Shown here: positions 50,801 to 64,000 of the stretch, in pieces
How the letters are laid out: every line of letters starts with the position of its first letter
Numbering within the stretch: position 1 is the stretch's first letter
NCBI GenBank assembly: GCA_051362555.1
Contig: JBPQGU010000016.1
Span: 3,906,001 to 3,970,000, forward strand
Direction of reading: 5' to 3'
Source: Lingula anatina
Taxonomy: Eukaryota; Animalia; Brachiopoda
Length of the DNA stretch: 64,000 bases
Made by a program: the position numbers and the translations under genes
Notes under the pieces: model-generated
Told to the model about the DNA's origin: nothing
Databases searched by the model: none
What the model saw: only the letters and a program-made list of their open reading frames with translations

Positions 50801-53800
50801 ATTGGGGGCCTTGATGAAGTGACCCGGGCGCGTTTCCACATTTTTTTGAATGACAGGTGTGGTAGATTGATTTTCGTCACTTTTTGGAAAAATCGGAGAC
50901 GGGTCGATTTTTGGTGATTTTGAGTGATTTTGAACAGTGCCGGCACTGTGAGATTTCTTCAATTTTGGCCAGGTAGGGATGAAAATTTTTTTTCTTCATT
51001 ATAGTGTCAGGTAGGTGTGTTCTTTCATTTGTAGTAAGAATAAAGTGCTGGAAGAGTGGTGGTGTCAACATTAAGGAAGAAATAGAGCAAAAACTCTCTC
51101 TCCCCCCCCCCCTCTCAGATTCTGTTCTCAGAGCTTATTTTTGGATCATCTTTAAAGCTAGAATTGGGGGCCTTGATGAAGTGACCCGGGCGCGTTTCCA
51201 CATTTTTTATAAATGACAGGTGTGGTAGAGTGATTTTCGTCACTTTTTGGAAAAATCGGAGACGGGTCGATTTTTGGTGATTTTGAGTGATTTTGAACAG
51301 TGCCGGCACTGTGAGATTTCTTCAATTTTGGCCAGGTAGGGATGAAAATTTTTTTTCTTCATTATAGTGTCAGGTAGGTGTGTTCTTTCATTTGTAGTAA
51401 GAATAAAGTGCTGGAAGAGTGGTGGTGTCAACATTAAGGAAGAAATAGAGCAAAAACTCTCTCTCCCCCCCCCCCCCCTCTCAGATTCTGTTCTCAGAGC
51501 TTATTTTTGGATCATCTTTAAAGCTAGTATTGGGGGCCTTGATGAAGAGACCCGGGCGCGTTTCCACATTTTTTATGAATGACAGGTGTGGTAGATTGAT
51601 TTTCTTCACTTTTTGGAAAAATCGGAGACGGGTCGATTTTTGGTGATTTTGAGTGATTTTGAACAGTGCCGGCACTGTGAGATTTCTTCAATTTTGGCCA
51701 GGTAGGGATGAAAATTTTTTTTCTTCATTATAGTGTCAGGTAGGTGTGTTCAGTCATTTGTAGTAAGAATAAAGTGCTGGAAGAGTGGTGGTGTCAACAT
51801 TAAGGAAGAAATAGAGCAAAAACTCTCTCTCCCCCCCCCTCTCAGATTCTGTTCTCAGAGCTTATTTTTGGATCATCTTTAAAGCTAGAATTGGGGGCCT
51901 TGATGAAGTGACCCGGGCGCTTTTCCACATTTTTTATGAATGACAGGTGTGGTAGATTGATTTTCGTCACTTTTTGGAAAAATCGGAGACGGGTCGATTT
52001 TTGGTGATTTTGAGTGATTTTGAACAGTGCCGGCACTGTGAGATTTCTTCAATTTTGGCCAGGTAGGGATGAAAATTTTTTTTCTTCATTATAGTGTCAG
52101 GTAGGTGTGTTCGGTCATTTGTAGTAAGAATAAAGTGCTGGAAGAGTGGTGGTGTCAACATTAAGGAAGAAATAGAGCAAAAACTCTCTCTCCCCCCCCC
52201 CCCCCCCCTCTCAGATTCTGTTCTCAGAGCTTATTTTTGGATCATCTTTAAAGCTAGAATTGGGGGCCTTGATGAAGTGACCCGGGCGCGTTTACACATT
52301 TTTTATGAATGACAGGTGTGGTAGATTGATTTTCGTCACTTTTTGGAAAAATCGGAGACGGGTCGATTTTTGGTGATTTTGAGTGATTTTGAACAGTGCC
52401 GGCACTGTGAGATTTCTTCAATTTTGGCCAGGTAGGGATGAAAATTTTTTTTCTTCATTATAGTGTCAGGTAGGTGTGTTCGGTCATTTGTAGTAAGAAT
52501 AAAGTGCTGGAAGAGTGGTGGTGTCAACATTAAGGAAGAAATAGAGCAAAAACTCTCTCTCCCCCCCCCCCCTCTCAGATTCTGTTCTCAGAGCTTATTT
52601 TTGGATCATCTTTAAAGCTAGAATTGGGGGCCTTGATGAAGTGACCCGGGCACGTTTACACATTTTTTATGAATGACAGGTGTGGTAGATTGATTTTCGT
52701 CACTTTTTGGAAAAATCGGAGACGGGTCGATTTTTGGTGATTTTGAGTGATTTTGAACAGTGCCGGCACTGTGAGATTTCTTCAATTTTGGCCAGGTAGG
52801 GATGAAAATTTTTTTTCTTCATTATAGTGTCAGGTAGGTGTGTTCGGTCATTTGTAGTAAGAATAAAGTGCTGGAAGAGTGGTGGTGTCAACATTAAGGA
52901 AGAAATAGAGCAAAAACTCTCTCTCCCCCCCCCTCTCAGATTCTGTTCTCAGAGCTTATTTTTGGATCATCTTTAAAGCTAGAATTGGGGGCCTTGATGA
53001 AGTGACCCGGGCGCGTTTCCACATTTTTTTGAATGACAGGTGTGGTAGATTGATTTTCGTCACTTTTTGGAAAAATCAGAGACGGGTTGATTTTTGGTGA
53101 TTTTGAGTGATTTTGAACAGTGCCGGCACTGTGAGATTTCTTCAATTTTGGCCAGGTAGGGATGAAAATTTTTTTCTTCATTATAGTGTCAGGTAGGTGT
53201 GTTCGGTCATTTGTAGTAAGAATAAAGTGCTGGAAGAGTGGTGGTGTCAACATTAAGGAAGAAATAGAACAAAAACTCTCTCTCCCCCCCCCCTCTCAGA
53301 TTCTGTTCTCAGAGCATATTTTTGGATCATCTTTAAAGCTAGAATTTGGGGCCTTGATGAAGTGACCCGTGCGCGTTTCCACATTTTTTATGAATGACAG
53401 GTGTGGTAGATTGATTTTCGTCACTTTTTGGAAAAATCGGAGACGGGTCGATTTTTGGTGATTTTGAGTGATTTTGAACAGTGCCGGCACTGTGAGATTT
53501 CTTCAATTTTGGCCAGGTAGGGATGAAAATTTTTTTTCTTCATTATAGTGTCAGGTAGGTGTGTTCGGTCATTTGTAGTAAGAATAAAGTGCTGGAAGAG
53601 TGGTGGTGTCAACATTAAGGAAGAAATAGAGCAAAAAGTCTATCTCCCCCCCCCCCCCTCTCAGATTCTGTTCTCCGAGCTTATTTTTGGATCATCTTTA
53701 AAGCTAGAATTGGGGGCCTTGATGAAGTGACCCGGGCGCGTGTCCACATTTTTTATAAATGACAGGTGTGGTAGAGTGATTTTCGTCACTTTTTGGAAAA

Positions 53801-56800
53801 ATCAGAGACGGGTCGATTTTTGGTGATTTTGAGTGATTTTGAACAGTGCCGACACTGTGAGATTTCATCAATTTTGGCCAGGTAGGGATGAAAATTTCTT
53901 TTCTTCATTATAGTGTCAGGTAGGTGTGTTCGGTCATTTGTAGTAAGAATAAAGTGCTGGAAGAGTGGTGGTGTCAACATTAAGGAAGAAATAGAGCAAA
54001 AACTCTCTCTCCCCCCCCCCCCTCTCAGATTCTGTTCTCAGAGCTTATTTTTGGATCATCTTTAAAGCTAGAATTGGGGGCCTTGATGAAGTGACCCGGG
54101 TGCGTTTCCACATTTTTTATGAATGACAGGTGTGGTAGATTGATTTTCGTCACTTTGTGGAAAAATCGGAGACGGGTCGAGTTTTGGTGATTTTGAGTGA
54201 TTTTGAACAGTGCCGACACTGTGACATTTCTTCAATTTTGGCCAGGTAGGGATGAAAATTTTTTTTCTTCATTATAGTGTCAGGTAGGTGTGTTCGGTCA
54301 TTTGTAGTAAGAATAAAGTGCTGGAAGAGTGGTGGTGTCAACATTAAGGAAGAAATAGAGCAAAAACTCTCTCTCCCCCCCCCCTCTCAGATTCTGTTCT
54401 CAGAGCTTATTTTTGGATCATCTTTAAAAAGCTAGAATTGGGGGCCTTGATGAAGTGACCCGGGCGCGTTTCCACATTTTTTATGAATGACAGGTGTGGT
54501 AGATTGATTTTCGTCACTTTTTGGAAAAATCGGAGACGGGTCGATTTTTGGTGATTTTGAGTGATTTTGAACAGTGCCGGCACTGTGAGATTTCTTCAAT
54601 TTTGGCCAGGTAGGGATGAAATTTTTTTTTCTTCATTATAGTGTCAGGTAGGTGTGTTCGGTCATTTGTAGTAAGAATAAAGTGCTGGAAGAGTGGTGGT
54701 GTCAACATTAAGGAAGAAATAGAGCAAAAACTCTCTCTCCCCCCCCCCTCTCAGATTCTGTTCTCAGAGCTTATTTTTGGATCATCTTTAAAGCTAGAAT
54801 AGGGGGCCTTGATGAAGTGACCCGGGCGCGTTTCCACATTTTTTATGAATGACAGGTGTGGTAGATTGATTTTCCTCACTTTTTGGAAAAATCGGAGACG
54901 GGTCGATTTTTGGTGATTTTGAGTGATTTTGAACAGTGCCGGCACTGTGAGATTTCTTCAATTTTGGCCAGGTAGGGATGAAAATTTTTTTTCTTCATTA
55001 TAGTGTCAGGTAGGTGTGTTCGGTCATTTGTAGTAAGAATAAAGTGCTGGAAGAGTGGTGGTGTCAACATTAAGGAAGAAATAGAGCAAAAACTCTCTCT
55101 CCCCCCCCCCCTCTCAGATTCTGTTCTCAGAGCTTATTTTTGGATCATCTTTAAAGCTAGAATTGGGGGCCTTGATGAAGTGACCCGGGCGCGTTTCCAC
55201 ATTTTTTATGATTGACAGGTGTGGTAGATTGATTTTCGTCACTTTTTGGAAAAATCGGAGACGGGTCGATTTTTGGTGATTTTGAGTGATTTTGAACAGT
55301 GCCGGCACTGTGAGATTTCTTCAATTTTGGCCAGGTAGGGATGAAAATTTTTTTCTTCATTATAGTGTCAGGTAGGTGTGTTCGGTCATTTGTAGTAAGA
55401 ATAAAGTGCTGGAAGAGTGGTGGTGTCAACATTAAGGAAGAAATAGAGCAAAAACTCTCTCTCCCCCCCCCTCTCAGATTCTGTTCTCAGAGCTTATTTT
55501 TGGATCATCTTTAAAGCTAGAATTGGGGGCCTTGATGAAGTGACCAGGGCGCGTTTCCACATTTTTTATGAATGACAGGTGTGGTAGATTGATTTTCGTC
55601 ACTTTTTGGAAAAATCGGAGACTGGTCGATTTTTGGTGATTTTGAGTGATTTTGAACAGTGCCGGCACTGTGAGATTTCTTCAATTTTGGCCAGGTAGGG
55701 ATGAAAATTTTTTTTCTTCATTATAGTGTCAGGTAGGTGTGTTCGGTCATTTGTAGTAAGAATAAAGTGCTGGAAGAGTGGTGGTGTCAACATTAAGGAA
55801 GAAAAAGAGCAAAAACTCTCTCTCCCCCCCCCCCTCTCAGATTCTGTTCTCAGAGCTTATTTTTGGATCATCTTTAAAGCTAGAATTGGGGGCCTTGATG
55901 AAGTGACCCGGGCGCGTTTCCACATTTTTTATGAATGACAGGTGTGGTAGATTGATTTTCGTCACTTTTTGGAAAAATCGGAGACGGGTCGATTTTTGGT
56001 GATTTTGAGTGATTTTGAACAGTGCCGGCACTGTGAGATTTCTTCAATTTTGGCCAGGTAGGGATGAAAATTTTTTTTCTTCATTATAGTGTCAGGTAGG
56101 TGTGTTCGGTCATTTGTAGTAAGAATAAAGTGCTGGAAGAGTGGTGGTGTCAACATTAAGGAAGAAATAGAGCAAAAACTCTCTCTCCCCCCCTCCTCTC
56201 AGATTCTGTTCTCAGAGCTTATTTTTGGATCATCTTTAAAGCTAGAATTGGGGGCCTTGATGAAGTGACCCGGGCGCGTTTCCACATTTTTTATGAATGA
56301 CAGGTGTGGTAGATTGATTTTCGTCACTTTTTGGAAAAATCGGAGATGGGTCGATTTTTGGTGATTTTGAGTGATTTTGAACAGTGCCGGCACTGTGAGA
56401 TTTCTTCAATTTTGGCCAGGTAGGGATGAAAATTTTTTTTCTTCATTATAGTGTCAGGTAGGTGTGTTCGGTCATTTGTAGTAAGAATAAAGTGCTGGAA
56501 GAGTGGTGGTGTCAACATTAAGGAAGAAATAGAGCAAAAACTCTCTCTCCCCCCCCCCCTCTCAGATTCTGTTCTCAGAGCTTATTTTTGGATCATCTTT
56601 AAAAAGCTTGAATTGGGGGCCTTGATGAAGTGACCCGGGCGCGTTTCCACATTTTTTATGAATGACAGGTGTGGTAGATTGATTTTCGTCACTTTTTGGA
56701 AAAATCGGAGACGGGTCGATTTTTGGTGATTTTGAGTGATTTTGAACAGTGCCGACACTGTGAGATTTCTTCAATTTTGGCCAGGTAGGGATGAAAATTT

Positions 56801-59800
56801 TTTTTCTTCATTATAGTGTCAGGTAGGTGTGTTCGGTCATTTGTAGTAAGAATAAAGTGCTGGAAGAGTGGTGGTGTCAACATTAAGGAAGAAATAGAGC
56901 AAAAACTCTCTCTCCCCCCCCCCTCTCAGATTCTGTTCTCAGAGCTTATTTTTGGATCATCTTTAAAAAGCTAGAATTGGGGGCCTTGATGAAGTGACCC
57001 GGGCGCGTTTCCACATTTTTTATGAATGACAGGTGTGGTAGATTGATTTTCGTCACTTTTTGGAAAAATCGGAGACGGGTCGATTTTTGGTGATTTTGAG
57101 TGATTTTGAACAGTGCCGGCACTGTGAGATTTCTTCAATTTTGGCCAGGTAGGGATGAAAATTTTTTTTCTTCATTATAGTGTCAGGTAGGTGTGTTCGG
57201 TCATTTGTAGTAAGAATAAAGTGCTGTAAGAGTGGTGGTGTCAACATTAAGGAAGAAATAGAGCAAAAACTCTCTCTCCCCCCCCCCTCTCAGATTCTGT
57301 TCTCAGAGCTTATTTTTGGATCATCTTTAAAGCTAGAATTGGGGGCCTTGATGAAGTGACCCGGGCGCGTTTCCACATTTTTTATGATTGACAGGTGTGG
57401 TAGATTGATTTTCGTCACTTTTTGGAAAAATCGGAGACGGGTCGATTTTTGGTGATTTTGAGTGATTTTGAACAGTGCCGGCACTGTGAGATTTCTTCAA
57501 TTTTGGCCAGGTAGGGATGAAAATTTTTTTCTTCATTATAGTGTCAGGTAGGTGTGTTCGGTCATTTGTAGTAAGAATAAAGTGCTGGAAGAGTGGTGGT
57601 GTCAACATTAAGGAAGAAATAGAGCAAAAACTCTCTCTCCCCCCCCCCTCTCAGATTCTGTTCTCAGAGCTTATTTTTGGATCATCTTTAAAGCTAGAAT
57701 TGGGGGCCTTGATGAAGTGACCAGGGCGCGTTTCCACATTTTTTATGAATGACAGGTGTGGTAGATTGATTTTCGTCACTTTTTGGAAAAATCGGAGACT
57801 GGTCGATTTTTGGTGATTTTGAGTGATTTTGAACAGTGCCGGCACTGTGAGATTTCTTCAATTTTGGCCAGGTAGGGATGAAAATTTTTTTTCTTCATTA
57901 TAGTGTCAGGTAGGTGTGTTCGGTCATTTGTAGTAAGAATAAAGTGCTGGAAGAGTGGTGGTGTCAACATTAAGGAAGAAAAAGAGCAAAAACTCTCTCT
58001 CCCCCCCCCCCCTCTCAGATTCTGTTCTCAGAGCTTATTTTTGGATCATCTTTAAAGCTAGAATTGGGGGCCTTGATGAAGTGACCCGGGCGCGTTTCCA
58101 CATTTTTTATGAATGACAGGTGTGGTAGATTGATTTTCGTCACTTTTTGGAAAAATCGGAGACGGGTCGATTTTTGGTGATTTTGAGTGATTTTGAACAG
58201 TGCCGGCACTGTGAGATTTCTTCAATTTTGGCCAGGTAGGGATGAAAATTTTTTTTCTTCATTATAGTGTCAGGTAGGTGTGTTCGGTCATTTGTAGTAA
58301 GAATAAAGTGCTGGAAGAGTGGTGGTGTCAACATTAAGGAAGAAATAGAGCAAAAACTCTCTCTCCCCCCCTCCTCTCAGATTCTGTTCTCAGAGCTTAT
58401 TTTTGGATCATCTTTAAAGCTAGAATTGGGGGCCTTGATGAAGTGACCCGGGCGCGTTTCCACATTTTTTATGAATGACAGGTGTGGTAGATTGATTTTC
58501 GTCACTTTTTGGAAAAATCGGAGATGGGTCGATTTTTGGTGATTTTGAGTGATTTTGAACAGTGCCGGCACTGTGAGATTTCTTCAATTTTGGCCAGGTA
58601 GGGATGAAAATTTTTTTTCTTCATTATAGTGTCAGGTAGGTGTGTTCGGTCATTTGTAGTAAGAATAAAGTGCTGGAAGAGTGGTGGTGTCAACATTAAG
58701 GAAGAAATAGAGCAAAAACTCTCTCTCCCCCCCCCCCTCTCAGATTCTGTTCTCAGAGCTTATTTTTGGATCATCTTTAAAAAGCTTGAATTGGGGGCCT
58801 TGATGAAGTGACCCGGGCGCGTTTCCACATTTTTTATGAATGACAGGTGTGGTAGATTGATTTTCGTCACTTTTTGGAAAAATCGGAGACGGGTCGATTT
58901 TTGGTGATTTTGAGTGATTTTGAACAGTGCCGACACTGTGAGATTTCTTCAATTTTGGCCAGGTAGGGATGAAAATTTTTTTTCTTCATTATAGTGTCAG
59001 GTAGGTGTGTTCGGTCATTTGTAGTAAGAATAAAGTGCTGGAAGAGTGGTGGTGTCAACATTAAGGAAGAAATAGAGCAAAAACTCTCTCTCCCCCCCCC
59101 CCTCTCAGATTCTGTTCTCAGAGCTTATTTTTGGATCATCTTTAAAAAGCTAGAATTGGGGGCCTTGATGAAGTGACCCGGGCGCGTTTCCACATTTTTT
59201 ATGAATGACAGGTGTGGTAGATTGATTTTCGTCACTTTTTGGAAAAATCGGAGACGGGTCGATTTTTGGTGATTTTGAGTGATTTTGAACAGTGCCGGCA
59301 CTGTGAGATTTCTTCAATTCTGGCCAGGTAGGGATGAAAATTTTTTTCTTCATTATAGTGTCAGGTAGGTGTGTTCGGTCATTTGTAGTAAGAATAAAGT
59401 GCTGGAAGAGTGGTGGTGTCAACATTAAGGAAGAAATAGAGCAAAAACTCTCTCTCCCCCCCCCCCCTCTCAGATTCTGTTCTCAGAGCTTATTTTTGGA
59501 TCATCTTTAAAGCTAGAATTGGGGGCCTTGATGAAGTGACCAGGGCGCGTTTCCACATTTTTTATGAATGACAGGTGTGGTAGATTGATTTTCGTCACTT
59601 TTTGGAAAAATCGGAGACTGGTCGATTTTTGGTGATTTTGAGTGATTTTGAACAGTGCCGGCACTGTGAGATTTCTTCAATTTTGGCCAGGTAGGGATGA
59701 AAATTTTTTTTCTTCATTATAGTGTCAGGTAGGTGTGTTCGGTCATTTGTAGTAAGAATAAAGTGCTGGAAGAGTGGTGGTGTCAACATTAAGGAAGAAA

Positions 59801-62800
59801 AAGAGCAAAAACTCTCTCTCCCCCCCCCCTCTCAGATTCTGTTCTCAGAGCTTATTTTTGGATCATCTTTAAAAAGCTAGAATTGGGGGCCTTGATGAAG
59901 TGACCCGGGCGCGTTTCCACATTTTTTATGAATGACAGGTGTGGTAGATTGATTTTCGTCACTTTTTGGAAAAATCGGAGACGGGTCGATTTTTGGTGAT
60001 TTTGAGTGATTTTGAACAGTGCCGGCACTGTGTGATTTCTTCAATTTTGGCCAGGTAGGGATGAAAATTTTTTTCTTCATTATAGTGTCAGGTAGGTGTG
60101 TTCGGTCATTTGTAGTAAGAATAAAGTGCTGGAAGAGTGGTGGTGTCAACATTAAGGAAGAAATAGAGCAAAAACTCTCTCTCCCCCCCCCCCCCTCTCA
60201 GATTCTGTTCTCAGAGCTTATTTTTGGATCATCTTTAAAAAGCTTGAATTGGGGGCCTTGATGAAGTGACCCGGGCGCGTTTCCACATTTTTTATGAATG
60301 ACAGGTGTGGTAGATTGATTTTCGTCACTTTTTGGAAAAATCGGAGACGGGTCGATTTTTGGTGATTTTGAGTGATTTTGAACAGTGCCGACACTGTGAG
60401 ATTTCTTCAATTTTGGCCAGGTAGGGATGAAAATTTTTTTTCTTCATTATAGTGTCAGGTAGGTGTGTTCGGTCATTTGTAGTAAGAATAAAGTGCTGGA
60501 AGAGTGGTGGTGTCAACATTAAGGAAGAAATAGAGCAAAAACTCTCTCTCCCCCCCCCCTCTCAGATTCTGTTCTCAGAGCTTATTTTTGGATCATCTTT
60601 AAAAAGCTAGAATTGGGGGCCTTGATGAAGTGACCCGGGCGCGTTTCCACATTTTTTATGAATGACAGGTGTGGTAGATTGATTTTCGTCACTTTTTGGA
60701 AAAATCGGAGACGGGTCGATTTTTGGTGATTTTGAGTGATTTTGAACAGTGCCGGCACTGTGAGATTTCTTCAATTTTGGCCAGGTAGGGATGAAAATTT
60801 TTTTCTTCATTATAGTGTCAGGTAGGTGTGTTCGGTCATTTGTAGTAAGAATAAAGTGCTGGAAGAGTGGTGGTGTCAACATTAAGGAAGAAATAGAGCA
60901 AAAACTCTCTCTCCCCCCCCCCTCTCAGATTCTGTTCTCAGAGCTTATTTTTGGATCATCTTTAAAGCTAGAATTGGGGGCCTTGATGAAGTGACCAGGG
61001 CGCGTTTCCACATTTTTTATGAATGACAGGTGTGGTAGATTGATTTTCGTCACTTTTTGGAAAAATCGGAGACTGGTCGATTTTTGGTGATTTTGAGTGA
61101 TTTTGAACAGTGCCGGCACTGTGAGATTTCTTCAATTTTGGCCAGGTAGGGATGAAAATTTTTTTTCTTCATTATAGTGTCAGGTAGGTGTGTTCGGTCA
61201 TTTGTAGTAAGAATAAAGTGCTGGAAGAGTGGTGGTGTCAACATTAAGGAAGAAAAAGAGCAAAAACTCTCTCTCCCCCCCCCTCTCAGATTCTGTTCTC
61301 AGAGCTTATTTTTGGATCATCTTTAAAAAGCTAGAATTGGGGGCCTTGATGAAGTGACCCGGGCGCGTTTCCACATTTTTTATGAATGACAGGTGTGGTA
61401 GATTGATTTTCGTCACTTTTTGGAAAAATCGGAGACGGGTCGATTTTTGGTGATTTTGAGTGATTTTGAACAGTGCCGGCACTGTGAAATTTCTTCAATT
61501 TTGGCCAGGTAGGGATGAAAATTTTTTTTCTTCATTATAGTGTCAGGTAGGTGTGTTCGGTCATTTGTAGTAAGAATAAAGTGCTGGAAGAGTGGTGGTG
61601 TCAACATTAAGGAAGAAATAGAGCAAAAACTCTCTCTCCCCCCCCTCCTCTCAGATTCTGTTCTCAGAGCTTATTTTTGGATCATCTTTAAAGCTAGAAT
61701 TGGGGGCCTTGATGAAGTGACCCGGGCGCGTTTCCACATTTTTTATGAATGACAGGTGTGGTAGATTGATTTTCGTCACTTTTTGGAAAAATCGGAGATG
61801 GGTCGATTTTTGGTGATTTTGAGTGATTTTGAACAGTGCCGGCACTGTGAGATTTCTTCAATTTTGGCCAGGTAGGGATGAAAATTTTTTTCTTCATTAT
61901 AGTGTCAGGTAGGTGTGTTCGGTCATTTGTAGTAAGAATAAAGTGCTGGAAGAGTGGTGGTGTCAACATTAAGGAAGAAATAGAGCAAAAACTCTCTCTC
62001 CCCCCCCCCCTCTCAGATTCTGTTCTCAGAGCTTATTTTTGGATCATCTTTAAAGCTAGAATTGGGGGCCTTGATGAAGTGACCAGGGCGCGTTTCCACA
62101 TTTTTTATGAATGACAGGTGTGGTAGATTGATTTTCGTCACTTTTTGGAAAAATCGGAGACTGGTCGATTTTTGGTGATTTTGAGTGATTTTGAACAGTG
62201 CCGGCACTGTGAGATTTCTTCAATTTTGGCCAGGTAGGGATGAAAATTTTTTTTCTTCATTATAGTGTCAGGTAGGTGTGTTCGGTCATTTGTAGTAAGA
62301 ATAAAGTGCTGGAAGAGTGGTGGTGTCAACATTAAGGAAGAAAAAGAGCAAAAACTCTCTCTCCCCCCCCCCTCTCAGATTCTGTTCTCAGAGCTTATTT
62401 TTGGATCATCTTTAAAAAGCTAGAATTGGGGGCCTTGATGAAGTGACCCGGGCGCGTTTCCACATTTTTTATGAATGACAGGTGTGGTAGATTGATTTTC
62501 GTCACTTTTTGGAAAAATCGGAGACGGGTCGATTTTTGGTGATTTTGAGTGATTTTGAACAGTGCCGGCACTGTGTGATTTCTTCAATTTTGGCCAGGTA
62601 GGGATGAAAATTTTTTTTCTTCATTATAGTGTCAGGTAGGTGTGTTCGGTCATTTGTAGTAAGAATAAAGTGCTGGAAGAGTGGTGGTGTCAACATTAAG
62701 GAAGAAATAGAGCAAAAACTCTCTCTCCCCCCCCCCCTCTCAGATTCTGTTCTCAGAGCTTATTTTTGGATCATCTTTAAAAAGCTTGAATTGGGGGCCT

Positions 62801-64000
62801 TGATGAAGTGACCCGGGCGCGTTTCCACATTTTTTATGAATGACAGGTGTGGTAGATTGATTTTCGTCACTTTTTGGAAAAATCGGAGACGGGTCGATTT
62901 TTGGTGATTTTGAGTGATTTTGAACAGTGCCGACACTGTGAGATTTCTTCAATTTTGGCCAGGTAGGGATGAAAATTTTTTTTCTTCATTATAGTGTCAG
63001 GTAGGTGTGTTCGGTCATTTGTAGTAAGAATAAAGTGCTGGAAGAGTGGTGGTGTCAACATTAAGGAAGAAATAGAGCAAAAACTCTCTCTCCCCCCCCC
63101 CCTCTCAGATTCTGTTCTCAGAGCTTATTTTTGGATCATCTTTAAAAAGCTAGAATTGGGGGCCTTGATGAAGTGACCCGGGCGCGTTTCCACATTTTTT
63201 ATGAATGACAGGTGTGGTAGATTGATTTTCGTCACTTTTTGGAAAAATCGGAGACGGGTCGATTTTTGGTGATTTTGAGTGATTTTGAACAGTGCCGGCA
63301 CTGTGAGATTTCTTCAATTTTGGCCAGGTAGGGATGAAAATTTTTTTCTTCATTATAGTGTCAGGTAGGTGTGTTCGGTCATTTGTAGTAAGAATAAAGT
63401 GCTGGAAGAGTGGTGGTGTCAACATTAAGGAAGAAATAGAGCAAAAACTCTCTCTCCCCCCCACCTCTCAGATTCTGTTCTCAGAGCTTATTTTTGGATC
63501 ATCTTTAAAGCTAGAATTGGGGGCCTTGATGAAGTGACCAGGGCGCGTTTCCACATTTTTTATGAATGACAGGTGTGGTAGATTGATTTTCGTCACTTTT
63601 TGGAAAAATCGGAGACTGGTCGATTTTTGGTGATTTTGAGTGATTTTGAACAGTGCCGGCACTGTGAGATTTCTTCAATTTTGGCCAGGTAGGGATGAAA
63701 ATTTTTTTTCTTCATTATAGTGTCAGGTAGGTGTGTTCGGTCATTTGTAGTAAGAATAAAGTGCTGGAAGAGTGGTGGTGTCAACATTAAGGAAGAAAAA
63801 GAGCAAAAACTCTCTCTCCCCCCCCCTCTCAGATTCTGTTCTCAGAGCTTATTTTTGGATCATCTTTAAAAAGCTAGAATTGGGGGCCTTGATGAAGTGA
63901 CCCGGGCGCGTTTCCACATTTTTTATGAATGACAGGTGTGGTAGATTGATTTTCGTCACTTTTTGGAAAAATCGGAGACGGGTCGATTTTTGGTGATTTT
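44857..64000 (+). repeat. 363-bp satellite, diverged layers with higher-order repeats (~53 monomers, runs off window end)
   Basis: ttttcGtcact allele predominates. Diagnostic variants recur at ~1453, ~2177 and ~2543 bp spacings. Confidence 0.98.

Noticed and set aside
25344-63787. Hundreds of repeated 60-105 aa ORFs as a tandem gene or peptide array
   Set aside because: They overlap on both strands, mostly start at GTG/TTG, are freely broken by polyC/polyT indels and have no recognisable domain. They are by-products of the satellite.

Overview
Eukaryotic, probably marine-invertebrate, heterochromatic DNA. The taxon is inferred from TE types and composition only. No intact host gene, rRNA, tRNA or CRISPR array is supported. 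About two-thirds of the window is a ~363-bp tandem satellite in two same-orientation arrays. The left array (1-~4170, ~11.5 monomers) decays towards the middle. The right array (25196-64000, ~107 monomers) has an almost perfectly homogeneous ~54-monomer core followed by older layers with 4-, 6- and 7-mer higher-order repeats. This layered layout resembles a centromeric or pericentromeric region. Between the arrays is a ~21-kb island of nested, decayed transposons: two DIRS/Ngaro-type tyrosine-recombinase retrotransposon relics; a 1.9-kb pogo-like TIR element (TA TSD) inside one of them; a 2.9-kb TIR element with a 9-bp TSD; several CAG...CTG MITEs with 5-bp TSDs; a spliced Kolobok-type transposase relic; a 34-bp minisatellite; and a diverged ~178-bp-period relative of the satellite. 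The most unusual item is the pogo-like element, which has no visible transposase but carries a decayed OTU deubiquitinase domain followed by a PHD finger. The hundreds of short satellite ORFs are artefacts of the repeat.
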